A stretch of 13,580 nucleotides of DNA from a virus, in the IMG/VR virus record IMGVR_UViG_3300045988_031658, positions 1-13,580 of that record; one strand, written 5' to 3'. The notes under the pieces were generated by a model. That model did not search any database and was not told the origin of the DNA. It saw only the letters and a program-made list of their open reading frames with translations. Each line of letters starts with the position of its first letter. Within the stretch, counting starts at the first letter, position 1. Shown here one piece after another: positions 5,693 through 12,573 of this stretch. The translations under genes and the position numbers were made by a program.

Positions 5693-5762
5693 GAGGACTA
5701 GTGGTCAGACGCAAGCCCCGGAAGGGTTGACACATCGCGGCGGCGATAGGAAGCTAGTCCTC
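5693..5762 (+). ncRNA. Unclassified structured 5' leader RNA (three-way junction)
   Basis: P1 pairs 5693-5702 with 5753-5762 (GAGGACUAGU/GCUAGUCCUC, 9 Watson-Crick pairs plus 1 GU). P2 is a hairpin at 5717-5726 (CCC-GGAA-GGG, GNRA loop). P3 is a hairpin at 5734-5747 (AUCGC-GGCG-GCGAU). G+C is 43 of 70 nt inside an AT-rich intergenic region. The element starts at the predicted P3 +1. Confidence 0.5.
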
Positions 5763-5795
5763 ACTTCTAAATTGGGGCGGAAAGAGAGGGCATAT

Positions 5796-5963
5796 ATGAC
5801 ATTAACCGAAATGACACAGTTGCTCGCGAATGGAGGAACATTGGCGGTGCTGATGTACTTTATGTTTGTAAAATCTGACGCACAGTCGCAGGCAATTGGA
5901 AAGCTTACAACGGCAGTTGAGAAGCTGAACATTCTCTTGCAGAGTAAGGAGGACGAAGGGTGA
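5796..5963 (+). CDS. BhlA/UviB-like holin (55 aa)
   Basis: MTLTEMTQLLANGGTLAVLMYFMFVKSD... has one N-terminal TM helix followed by a charged coiled tail. This pattern matches BhlA (..ITQYLSTQGPFAVLFCWLLFYVMKTSK.., recalled from memory). An ATG with a GAGAGGG RBS 5 nt upstream is preferred over the track's TTG at 5727. It lies directly upstream of the endolysin. Confidence 0.6.
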   Translation: MTLTEMTQLLANGGTLAVLMYFMFVKSDAQSQAIGKLTTAVEKLNILLQSKEDEG

Positions 5964-6514
5964 AAATTATGTTCGAAGACGTTACCGAAATGCCAGAAAT
6001 CAGGGTAAATGGTAAAATCTACGCTCCTGTTTCAGAGGACAAGCCAGCAAAGAAAGTTACATTATATGACATCATTGCGGGTAAACACGGGGCAAAAGAA
6101 TGGGACGATGTAGTCGGAATGATACAGACATGGTATTACGGCTCTTACGTCAAAGCATCATGGTGTGCGACAACGGTTTCATGGGCGGCGGCAAGCATGG
6201 GGATTCTTGACCAGATAGGCGGCAAAAATGAAAATGTATATCACATGATGAATGCATGTTCAAAAAGTGGAAAAGGTAAATTTTTCAGTAAGAAAGCAGG
6301 AAATATCCCGACAAAAATTGAACAGGGAGACATCCTGTTTTATCTGTGGGACGGAGACACAATGAAGGTTGATTCTTCAAAACATGTCAGCGTTGCCGCA
6401 GAAACAACAAGCAGTAATCAGATATTGTCAGAAGGTGGAAACCAGAAGGACAAGATTTGCAGACTTTACTATGAGAAAGCAAAATTATATGCCGTATTTA
6501 GGCCAGATTATTAA
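5960..6514 (+). CDS. Endolysin, CHAP/NlpC-P60-like cysteine peptidase (TIGR02594-like, 184 aa)
   Basis: It has a catalytic-Cys context SWCATTVSW, a His context SKHVSVAA and a GGNQKDKI motif, arranged as in the WCAAFV...GHVG...GGNQ family. GTG at 5960 lies 7 nt after GGAGG and overlaps the holin stop (GTGA). An alternative ATG lies at 5969. Confidence 0.65.
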   Translation: MKIMFEDVTEMPEIRVNGKIYAPVSEDKPAKKVTLYDIIAGKHGAKEWDDVVGMIQTWYYGSYVKASWCATTVSWAAASMGILDQIGGKNENVYHMMNACSKSGKGKFFSKKAGNIPTKIEQGDILFYLWDGDTMKVDSSKHVSVAAETTSSNQILSEGGNQKDKICRLYYEKAKLYAVFRPDY

Positions 6515-6525
6515 AGGAGGTAAAC

Positions 6526-6825
6526 ATGGATATTAAAGACATTATCGCTCTTGCGAACGCCGGATTCACGGCTCAGCAGATTGCCACAATGGCGACGACA
6601 GCACAAGCACCAGCACCAGTTCCAGCACCAGCACCAGCACCAGTTCCAGCACCAGCACCAGCACCAGTTCCAGTTGACCCTATCATGGAACAGTTAAAGG
6701 CGCTTACAACGGCGGTGCAGACAAACGCAATTATCAATAGCCAGTTGCCGATTACTCAGCCAGAAACGCCGGAGGATATACTGGCAAGTATTATTAATCC
6801 GCCAACAATTGTAAACAATAAATAA
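6526..6825 (+). CDS. Putative scaffolding protein with an Ala-Pro repeat linker (99 aa)
   Basis: This 99-aa ORF lies immediately upstream of the capsid gene, comparable to the roughly 100-aa phi29 gp7 in the same position. It has a helical N-terminus (DIIALANAGFTAQQI) and C-terminus joined by (APAPAPVP)n. The RBS is AAGGAGGTAAAC. Confidence 0.5.
   Translation: MDIKDIIALANAGFTAQQIATMATTAQAPAPVPAPAPAPVPAPAPAPVPVDPIMEQLKALTTAVQTNAIINSQLPITQPETPEDILASIINPPTIVNNK
6607..6672 (+). repeat. Perfect tandem repeat, 24-nt unit GCACCAGCACCAGCACCAGTTCCA, about 2.75 copies
   Basis: There is an 18-nt partial copy at 6607-6624 and full copies at 6625-6648 and 6649-6672. The repeat encodes APAPVP(APAPAPVP)2. 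Confidence 0.9.
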
Positions 6826-6835
6826 GGAGGTAAAC

Positions 6836-8008
6836 ATGGCCGCAAACGATTTAAGTTTTAACCAGTTGTCAACAGTATTAAACAGTATTGTTGCACAGGC
6901 AACAGGAAAGAATCCATTAGCAATTACTAACACTTCTGAGTTTATTTCGGTAGCTCAGACGGCACTTAAAACTGGATATGACCCGTTATTACAATCAATC
7001 TCACAGGTGTTATCAAGAACTATTTTTTCTACCAGGCCATACTACAGAAAGTTTGGTGGTATTCAGGTAGATAACCAGAAATGGGGAAACATCACAAGAA
7101 AGCTTAATATTTCCGACAAGGATTGGGAAAATGATGTGCGATTTGAGCTTGTTGATGGCGAATCAGTTGACATGTACAAGGTTAACAAACCTAACATTTT
7201 ACAGACAAACTTTTACGGCGCAAACGTGTATGAAAGAAGCTACACAATCTTCAAAGACCAGCTCGACTGTGCATTCTCCGGACCTGATGAGTTCGCCAGA
7301 TTCTTAAGCATGGTGACAGGAAACTGCACCGACATGATTGAACAGGCCCATGAGAATCTTGCAAGAGCTACCGTGGCAAACTACATCGGAGGTAAAGTTA
7401 AAGGTGACGCAGACAGTTGTATCCATCTTCTGACAGAGTATAACGCGCTTACAGGGCTTGCTCTTACGAAGGAAAATGTATATCAGCCGGCTAATTACAA
7501 GCCATTCATTGACTGGGTTTATAGCCGTATCGCTACCCTGACAGAGCTTATGACAGAGAGAAGCCAGCTTTTCCATACTAACATCACTGGCAAGACAATT
7601 AACCGTCATACACCGTTACAGAGACAGAGAGTTTATTTATATGCTCCTGCAAGATTCAATATCGAGTCTATGTCTCTGGCAAATACATACAACTATAATT
7701 TCCTTAAGATGGCCTACAATGAAACTGTGAACTATTGGCAGTCCATACAGAGTCCATCTAAGATTAATGTGAAGCCGTCTTATTTAAAGGCTGATGGAAC
7801 AATTACAACGCCAGAAGCTGCGCTGGAACAGGATGACATCTTCGGTGTAATCTTCGATGAAGAAGCACTCGGATACACGGTAATGAACCAATGGTCAGCT
7901 ACTACACCATTCAACGCAAAGGGTGGATATTCTAACGTATTCTTCCACTTTACAGACCGTTTCTGGAATGACTTTACAGAAAACGGATTAGTACTTTTAC
8001 TCGATTAA
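6836..8008 (+). CDS. Major capsid protein (390 aa)
   Basis: The call rests on position after the scaffold gene, size, and a strong AAGGAGGTAAAC RBS. The N-terminus (LSFNQLSTVLNSIVAQATG...) resembles the phi29 gp8-type start (ITFNDVKTSLGI..., recalled from memory). No alignment was computed. Confidence 0.65.
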   Translation: MAANDLSFNQLSTVLNSIVAQATGKNPLAITNTSEFISVAQTALKTGYDPLLQSISQVLSRTIFSTRPYYRKFGGIQVDNQKWGNITRKLNISDKDWENDVRFELVDGESVDMYKVNKPNILQTNFYGANVYERSYTIFKDQLDCAFSGPDEFARFLSMVTGNCTDMIEQAHENLARATVANYIGGKVKGDADSCIHLLTEYNALTGLALTKENVYQPANYKPFIDWVYSRIATLTELMTERSQLFHTNITGKTINRHTPLQRQRVYLYAPARFNIESMSLANTYNYNFLKMAYNETVNYWQSIQSPSKINVKPSYLKADGTITTPEAALEQDDIFGVIFDEEALGYTVMNQWSATTPFNAKGGYSNVFFHFTDRFWNDFTENGLVLLLD

Positions 8009-8020
8009 GGAGGTATTTAA

Positions 8021-9436
8021 ATGGGCATATCAGTGAATATGTATACGTTTAGCAAATATGCTAACTCAACGGAACAGCCAGCAGGAGCCGGGACAAGCTT
8101 TGATTGTGTACTGAAAGATACAAGCGGAGTAATTAATCCTACTATCGCTCTGAAACTTGATATGTCCTTTAATGTCTCTGCCTACAACTATGCCTATATC
8201 CCGGATTTTGAAAGATATTATTTCGTCCGTGAATGGACATGGGAACGCGGCCTTTGGGTTGCCAGTTTGGATGTAGATGTTCTTGCCACATACAAGGCGC
8301 AGATTGGCGTTTCAACTCAGTATGTGTTACGCAGTTCTCTTGCATCAAACGGCAAAATACTTGATACTATTTATCCTACCACAAGTGACATCACGCATCA
8401 GCGTGTAGCTGTAGAACTTCCATGGAAGATTCATTTAGAGGATGGTTACTATGTGGTAGGTATAATAGGTGACGCGAATAACACGTTGGGAGCGGTAAAC
8501 TATTACGCGTTTACGCAGTCAGAAATGAATGCCTTTAACAAGGCTCTGATGGCGAGTGCAGACTGGTTAAATGTTCCTACAGAGGAAATATCAACAGAGC
8601 TTTTAAAAGCTCTATATAACCCCTATCAATATGTTGTTAGCGCATTGTGGTTTCCTAGAGTAATACCGCTTACAGAAGCTCCGGCAGTTGCAAGTATCAA
8701 CTTCGGTTGGTGGAGCATTACTGTTAAATGCAGGAAGTTAAAAGCGACGGCTACATCGTTCAGCGGTTCGATTAATATTCCGAAGCATCCACAAGCCGCA
8801 ACAAGGGGAGAATACCTTAACCTTTCTCCGTACAGCAGATACACATTAAACTTCACTCCGTTTGGTTCTTTTCCTCTAGATACAACGAAGCTTTCAGGGA
8901 CAAGCATCTTGAATTACACAGTGCTGATTGACTACATAAGTGGAACAGGAAGACTCAACATTGCTCCGCAGTTTCCAGATGGAAACAGCCCAATTATTGA
9001 ATCGGTTGAGGGAATGTGTTCAGTTCCGATTCAGCTTGCGCAGATTGCCAGAGATTACATAGGAACCACGGCTACCGCCATTGCTTCCGTTGGGGACGTG
9101 GTGCAGAGTGCAGTAACTGGAAACATTGGAGGAGCAATATCCAACTTTGCTTCTGGAATTGACAGTACTTTGAAAGCCGCCGCTCCGCAGTTAAGGACAT
9201 CAGGTGGAAATGGTAATACATCTAACTTTATCACGGCTCCACAGTTATATTGCCAGTTCTTTAATCTGGTTCAGGAGTATAACGAGAAGTTGGGTAGACC
9301 GCTTTGTGAAGCAAGAGTTATCAATACAATACCGGGGTATATTATGTGCATGGATGCAGACGTTAAAACAGCTTCTACACAGACGGAGAATGAAAGAATC
9401 AAGGAGTACATGGAAGGGGGATTTTATTACGGCTAG
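8021..9436 (+). CDS. Tail knob / distal tail tube protein, phi29 gp9-like (471 aa)
   Basis: The blocks YIPDFERYYFVREWTW...LDVDVLATY, APQLRTSGGNGNTS and ENERIKEYMEGGFYY parallel phi29 gp9 KWFYAFVTELEF...FEIDVLQTW, IPPQLTKMGGNTAF and LQEIRTIFDNGITLW (recalled from memory). Confidence 0.78.
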   Translation: MGISVNMYTFSKYANSTEQPAGAGTSFDCVLKDTSGVINPTIALKLDMSFNVSAYNYAYIPDFERYYFVREWTWERGLWVASLDVDVLATYKAQIGVSTQYVLRSSLASNGKILDTIYPTTSDITHQRVAVELPWKIHLEDGYYVVGIIGDANNTLGAVNYYAFTQSEMNAFNKALMASADWLNVPTEEISTELLKALYNPYQYVVSALWFPRVIPLTEAPAVASINFGWWSITVKCRKLKATATSFSGSINIPKHPQAATRGEYLNLSPYSRYTLNFTPFGSFPLDTTKLSGTSILNYTVLIDYISGTGRLNIAPQFPDGNSPIIESVEGMCSVPIQLAQIARDYIGTTATAIASVGDVVQSAVTGNIGGAISNFASGIDSTLKAAAPQLRTSGGNGNTSNFITAPQLYCQFFNLVQEYNEKLGRPLCEARVINTIPGYIMCMDADVKTASTQTENERIKEYMEGGFYYG

Positions 9437-10082
9437 TTGGCACGCTAAGAAGACCGGAGGATACTCAAGAACTTCTATAGAAGCAATCGATAATGCGAAC
9501 ATGATATACGCAGTTTTATACAATAAAGGCTGGACACTTAACGCAATATGCGGAGTGCTGGGAAACATGGGAGCGGAGAGCGGATACAATCCGTGGAGAT
9601 GGCAGAGTGATAAGATAGGAGTCTCTACAGGCTCTCCATGGACAAACAAAGGATACGGACTCGTCCAGTTCACTCCGGGCGGTAAATATATCAATGACAC
9701 CAGAGCGAAAGCAATGCCGGGATATGGACCTAACTTTTCTGATAAAGTGGGAAATGTTGCAGACGGAAATGCACAGATATTATTTGTAGATTCGTATGCA
9801 GACTATTACCCTACAGGTGCCTATCCGATGAGCTTCGCAGAGTTCAAGACAAGCACTAAAGACCCGGGAACTTTGGCTAAAGCATGGTTGTATAATTATG
9901 AAAGACCAGAAGACCCGGGAGCTACCGAATCGGCCAGAGCAGAGAATGGAAAGTATTGGTTTCAGGTATTAAGCGGTGAGATACCCCCTGACCCACCAGA
10001 CCCACCAGACCCACCAGACCCACCCGGACCGTCTGGACATCTTGAAATATGGATGTATTTTAAATTGAAAGAAAGGAGGTAA
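9390..10082 (+). CDS. Tail-associated peptidoglycan hydrolase (phage tail lysozyme domain, PF18013-like); start uncertain
   Basis: GWTLNAICGVLGNMGAESGYNP...GYGLVQFT is the signature of the phage tail-tip lysozyme family. The frame is open from 9195. The first plausible ATG (9390) overlaps the knob gene by 47 nt and has GGAGA with zero spacing. No good start exists after the knob stop. Confidence 0.6.
   Translation: MKESRSTWKGDFITASWHAKKTGGYSRTSIEAIDNANMIYAVLYNKGWTLNAICGVLGNMGAESGYNPWRWQSDKIGVSTGSPWTNKGYGLVQFTPGGKYINDTRAKAMPGYGPNFSDKVGNVADGNAQILFVDSYADYYPTGAYPMSFAEFKTSTKDPGTLAKAWLYNYERPEDPGATESARAENGKYWFQVLSGEIPPDPPDPPDPPDPPGPSGHLEIWMYFKLKERR
9990..10025 (+). repeat. Tandem 9-nt repeat GACCCACCA x4 (last copy has 1 mismatch), encoding (DPP)4
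   Basis: The copies are at 9990-9998, 9999-10007, 10008-10016 and 10017-10025. Confidence 0.9.
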
Positions 10083-10086
10083 ACAG

Positions 10087-11040
10087 ATGCAAGCACCTAT
10101 GTTTTATGACCACATAAATGCAAAAGAATCGATGGTTAGCCCAAGCACAATGAAGGTTCACAATACCGGGCTTTACAGGCAGTTCCAGAGATATCTATTG
10201 CAAGAAGCTATGTCTCCTTTCAAATTCACTTTCCCTAAAACATGGGCGAAAGATTATGTGCTATATGTGCTTTATTTGTGGGGGTACTTTGCAATCTTTA
10301 ACACGGACAAGTTCGGAGTAATTCCACAGCAGTGCGGTCTTTACGGATACGACGTTTTCTACAGACCAACGCATTGCATCATTACAAATCCTCTGTTCAA
10401 GGAAACGTATTATCCTAAGATTGGCAAGGACTGTACGTTGATTAAATTACAGCCTGATTATGGCGGCATTATGGACATCGTTTCATACTATGCGGAAATG
10501 ATGGCTCTGTGTTCGGAGAGCGTTGCTGTTAACCTTGTAAACTCAAAGCTTTCATATGTGTTCTTTGCTAAGGGTACTAAGGAAGGAGAAGAGCTTAAAA
10601 AGATTTATGACCAGGTGGGAGCAGGAGAGCCTTGCGTTGTTGCTGATAAGAAATTTAGAGATGAAGACGGCTCTCTCGCATGGGAAATGTTCGACCGAAA
10701 TGTGAAGAACAATTATATTGCCAGTGATATCCTTAGTGACATGAAAAAGATTAAGGCAATGTTCGACACCGAGATTGGTATTCCTAATACGAATACCGAT
10801 AAGAAGGAGAGAATGATTACCAGTGAAGTTCTGAGTAACAACGTCGAGACGCTTAGCAAATGTGAGTTGTGGCTGGAAGAATTACAGGCCAGGTTTGAAG
10901 AAGCAAGGAATATGTTCGGATTTAGCAAAGAGGAACTTAATGTGGAGTGGAGATTCGACTTGACGAAAGGAGGTAATATGGATGAGAGCGACGCTATCAA
11001 TATTGGGGCTGTACCAACGGGAACCGACTCTGTTCGATGA
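10087..11040 (+). CDS. Portal / upper collar connector protein, phi29 gp10-like (317 aa)
   Basis: NTNTDKKERMITSEVLSNNVE parallels phi29 gp10 [21 protein letters not shown] (recalled from memory). The size is similar to gp10 (309 aa). The RBS is AAAGGAGGTAAAC. Confidence 0.85.
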   Translation: MQAPMFYDHINAKESMVSPSTMKVHNTGLYRQFQRYLLQEAMSPFKFTFPKTWAKDYVLYVLYLWGYFAIFNTDKFGVIPQQCGLYGYDVFYRPTHCIITNPLFKETYYPKIGKDCTLIKLQPDYGGIMDIVSYYAEMMALCSESVAVNLVNSKLSYVFFAKGTKEGEELKKIYDQVGAGEPCVVADKKFRDEDGSLAWEMFDRNVKNNYIASDILSDMKKIKAMFDTEIGIPNTNTDKKERMITSEVLSNNVETLSKCELWLEELQARFEEARNMFGFSKEELNVEWRFDLTKGGNMDESDAINIGAVPTGTDSVR

Positions 11041-11713
11041 GCTGGAATTGCCAGCGGGTATGAAAAAAGATGTTCTTATAGATAATATTTTGTATGAAGC
11101 GGCGTCGCTTGAAGCCTATTACCCGGACCCTAATTTCATGAAATTTATGATTGGACGTTGGTCGTTTATGAATCAGAGTATCTGGCAGAAACTCTATGAC
11201 ACAACTGTTCTGGAATACAATCCAATTTACAACTATGACAGAACGGAAGAGTGGACAGAGAATGAAAAAATGCTGGATAGCAGAACAGCCGCTGGTAATG
11301 AACTTGAGACTCGTAACTTGAAATCCGGGGAGACATCTAGGACAGATTCAAATGGGGATGTTACAACTACGGGAACTATGAAAACAGAGTTGAACGTGTC
11401 GGGGTATAATGAAGTAACGTTTACTCCTAGTGAAGAAACAATTGAAACTCCCGATACTATGACATCCAATAATGTAATAGTTGATGGGACTAGAGATTCT
11501 ACCGATACTGGAACAGTGTCTATTGACAAAAAAGATACTGAAAGCTTGGACAGAAAAAGAGATAATTTGAGAACTGGAAGAGCTTTTGGTAACATCGGTG
11601 TTACTACCACACAGCAGATGATACAACAGGAAAGAGAGACGGTTTTGTTCAATATGTACAAGGTTATTACCGATTCCTTTGTTGACAGATTTTGCTTGAT
11701 GGTTTACACATAA
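10982..11713 (+). CDS. Lower collar / head-tail connector protein, phi29 gp11-like (243 aa)
   Basis: It lies directly after the portal gene as in phi29. It has the N-terminal pattern LGLY..EPTLFDEL.LP.G..KDVLIDNIL......YYPDP.F......WS and YNPIYNYDRTEEW, typical of this protein class as I recall. GGAGG lies 8 nt before the ATG. It overlaps the portal gene by 59 nt. Confidence 0.6.
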   Translation: MRATLSILGLYQREPTLFDELELPAGMKKDVLIDNILYEAASLEAYYPDPNFMKFMIGRWSFMNQSIWQKLYDTTVLEYNPIYNYDRTEEWTENEKMLDSRTAAGNELETRNLKSGETSRTDSNGDVTTTGTMKTELNVSGYNEVTFTPSEETIETPDTMTSNNVIVDGTRDSTDTGTVSIDKKDTESLDRKRDNLRTGRAFGNIGVTTTQQMIQQERETVLFNMYKVITDSFVDRFCLMVYT

Positions 11714-11725
11714 GGAGGTGAAACA

Positions 11726-12559
11726 ATGGGATTATGGCAACAGTTTCCCTATCCTGATTATCACAATCTGAACCTTGACTGGATGATTACGGAAGTACAG
11801 GAAGTTAGGGTTAAGGTAGACGGACTTGTTTCAGAAGTTCAGGCAATGATTGATGGTGCTGAAAAGAAATTCGAAGCACAGTTTCAGGCGTTCAGGAACG
11901 AGATTAATCATACGATTACGGCGCTGAATATTAGGCTGGATGCGTTTGAGAAAATGATTCAGAAACAATTCGCAGATTATCAGGTGAAACTTGATGCACA
12001 GATTGCAAAAGCTATGCAGGATATACAGGCATTACTAGACAAGTTTCAGGGTGAAATCAACGGACAGTTACAGTTGATGCGCGAAATGATTCGCAACAGC
12101 GAAGCAAGCACAAGAGCTTATGTAGATGCAGAGATTCAGAAGGTAATCGATATGATTCCCGAGATTACAAGTGTCTATGTAAGAAACCCGATTACTGGAA
12201 AGGTTCAGCCGATACAGGAAGCACTTGATTCGATGAATAATTATTATCGGTATTTCGGATTGAATTGCTTGGAGTATGAAGCTAGAAACTGGACTGCAAA
12301 AGAATATGAAGAGCTGAACATGACAGCCGTGTTTTATGACTTCTATTCTAAGGAAAGGTTTGCATGGATATCGCCATTTACGGGTGAATGGTTTAGCACT
12401 TATGACTGGATGTACATGTTGACAAGCTTCCACAAAGAGAACGGATTGGCCGCAACTGAATATGACGCTATTATGATTACGGCACAGGCTTATGATGCTT
12501 TAATGATTAGCGCATACAACTATGATTTTCAAGGAAAGAACCTTGTACATACAAGGTAA
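11726..12559 (+). CDS. Putative tail fibre / appendage protein with central coiled coil (277 aa)
   Basis: It sits in the late-operon position after the collar genes. It has an N-terminal YHNLNLDWMI anchor-like motif and a long heptad-like Q/E/K-rich segment. The C-terminus carries 10-aa periodic x-Y-[DE] repeats. The RBS is AAGGAGGTG. Confidence 0.45.
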   Translation: MGLWQQFPYPDYHNLNLDWMITEVQEVRVKVDGLVSEVQAMIDGAEKKFEAQFQAFRNEINHTITALNIRLDAFEKMIQKQFADYQVKLDAQIAKAMQDIQALLDKFQGEINGQLQLMREMIRNSEASTRAYVDAEIQKVIDMIPEITSVYVRNPITGKVQPIQEALDSMNNYYRYFGLNCLEYEARNWTAKEYEELNMTAVFYDFYSKERFAWISPFTGEWFSTYDWMYMLTSFHKENGLAATEYDAIMITAQAYDALMISAYNYDFQGKNLVHTR

Positions 12560-12573
12560 TAGGAGGTTATTAT

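Noticed and set aside
5693-5762. The structured element as a tRNA, hammerhead or twister ribozyme, or a c-di-GMP-I, purine, fluoride, glutamine, ZTP or guanidine riboswitch
   Set aside because: It has only three helices and no T-loop or anticodon arm, so it is not a tRNA. The junction strands (GGUCAGACGCAAG / UUGACAC / AGGAA) lack the hammerhead CUGAnGA and GAAA cores. ACGCAAGCCCCGG only superficially resembles GEMM ACGCAAAGCC.CCGG or the twister CAAGCCCGG, and the rest of those folds is absent. The other consensus cores were not found. It is left unclassified.
5727-5795. TTG start at 5727 for the holin ORF (78-aa version in the track)
   Set aside because: The extension would be translated from inside the structured GC-rich leader with no RBS. 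ATG 5796 has a GAGAGGG RBS 5 nt upstream and gives a BhlA-like 55-aa protein with the TM helix near the N-terminus.
6607-6672. The tandem repeat as a CRISPR array or satellite
   Set aside because: The units are contiguous with no spacers, in frame, and encode an Ala-Pro linker inside a CDS.
9204-9389. GTG 9204 as the start of the lysozyme ORF (292-aa version)
   Set aside because: It would overlap the well-supported tail-knob gene by 233 nt in another frame. The extra 62 residues (MEMVIHLTLSRLHSYIASS...) look like out-of-frame noise, and there is only a weak AAGGA upstream. It is kept as a remote possibility only.
9245-9700. Long reverse-strand ORFs (9245..9700, 11233..11661, 12068..12433, 7304..7609, 5121..5441 and others)
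   Set aside because: All are embedded antisense to + strand genes with recognisable homologies and strong RBSs. They lack RBSs and have Ser/Leu/Cys-rich, low-complexity translations typical of antisense frames.
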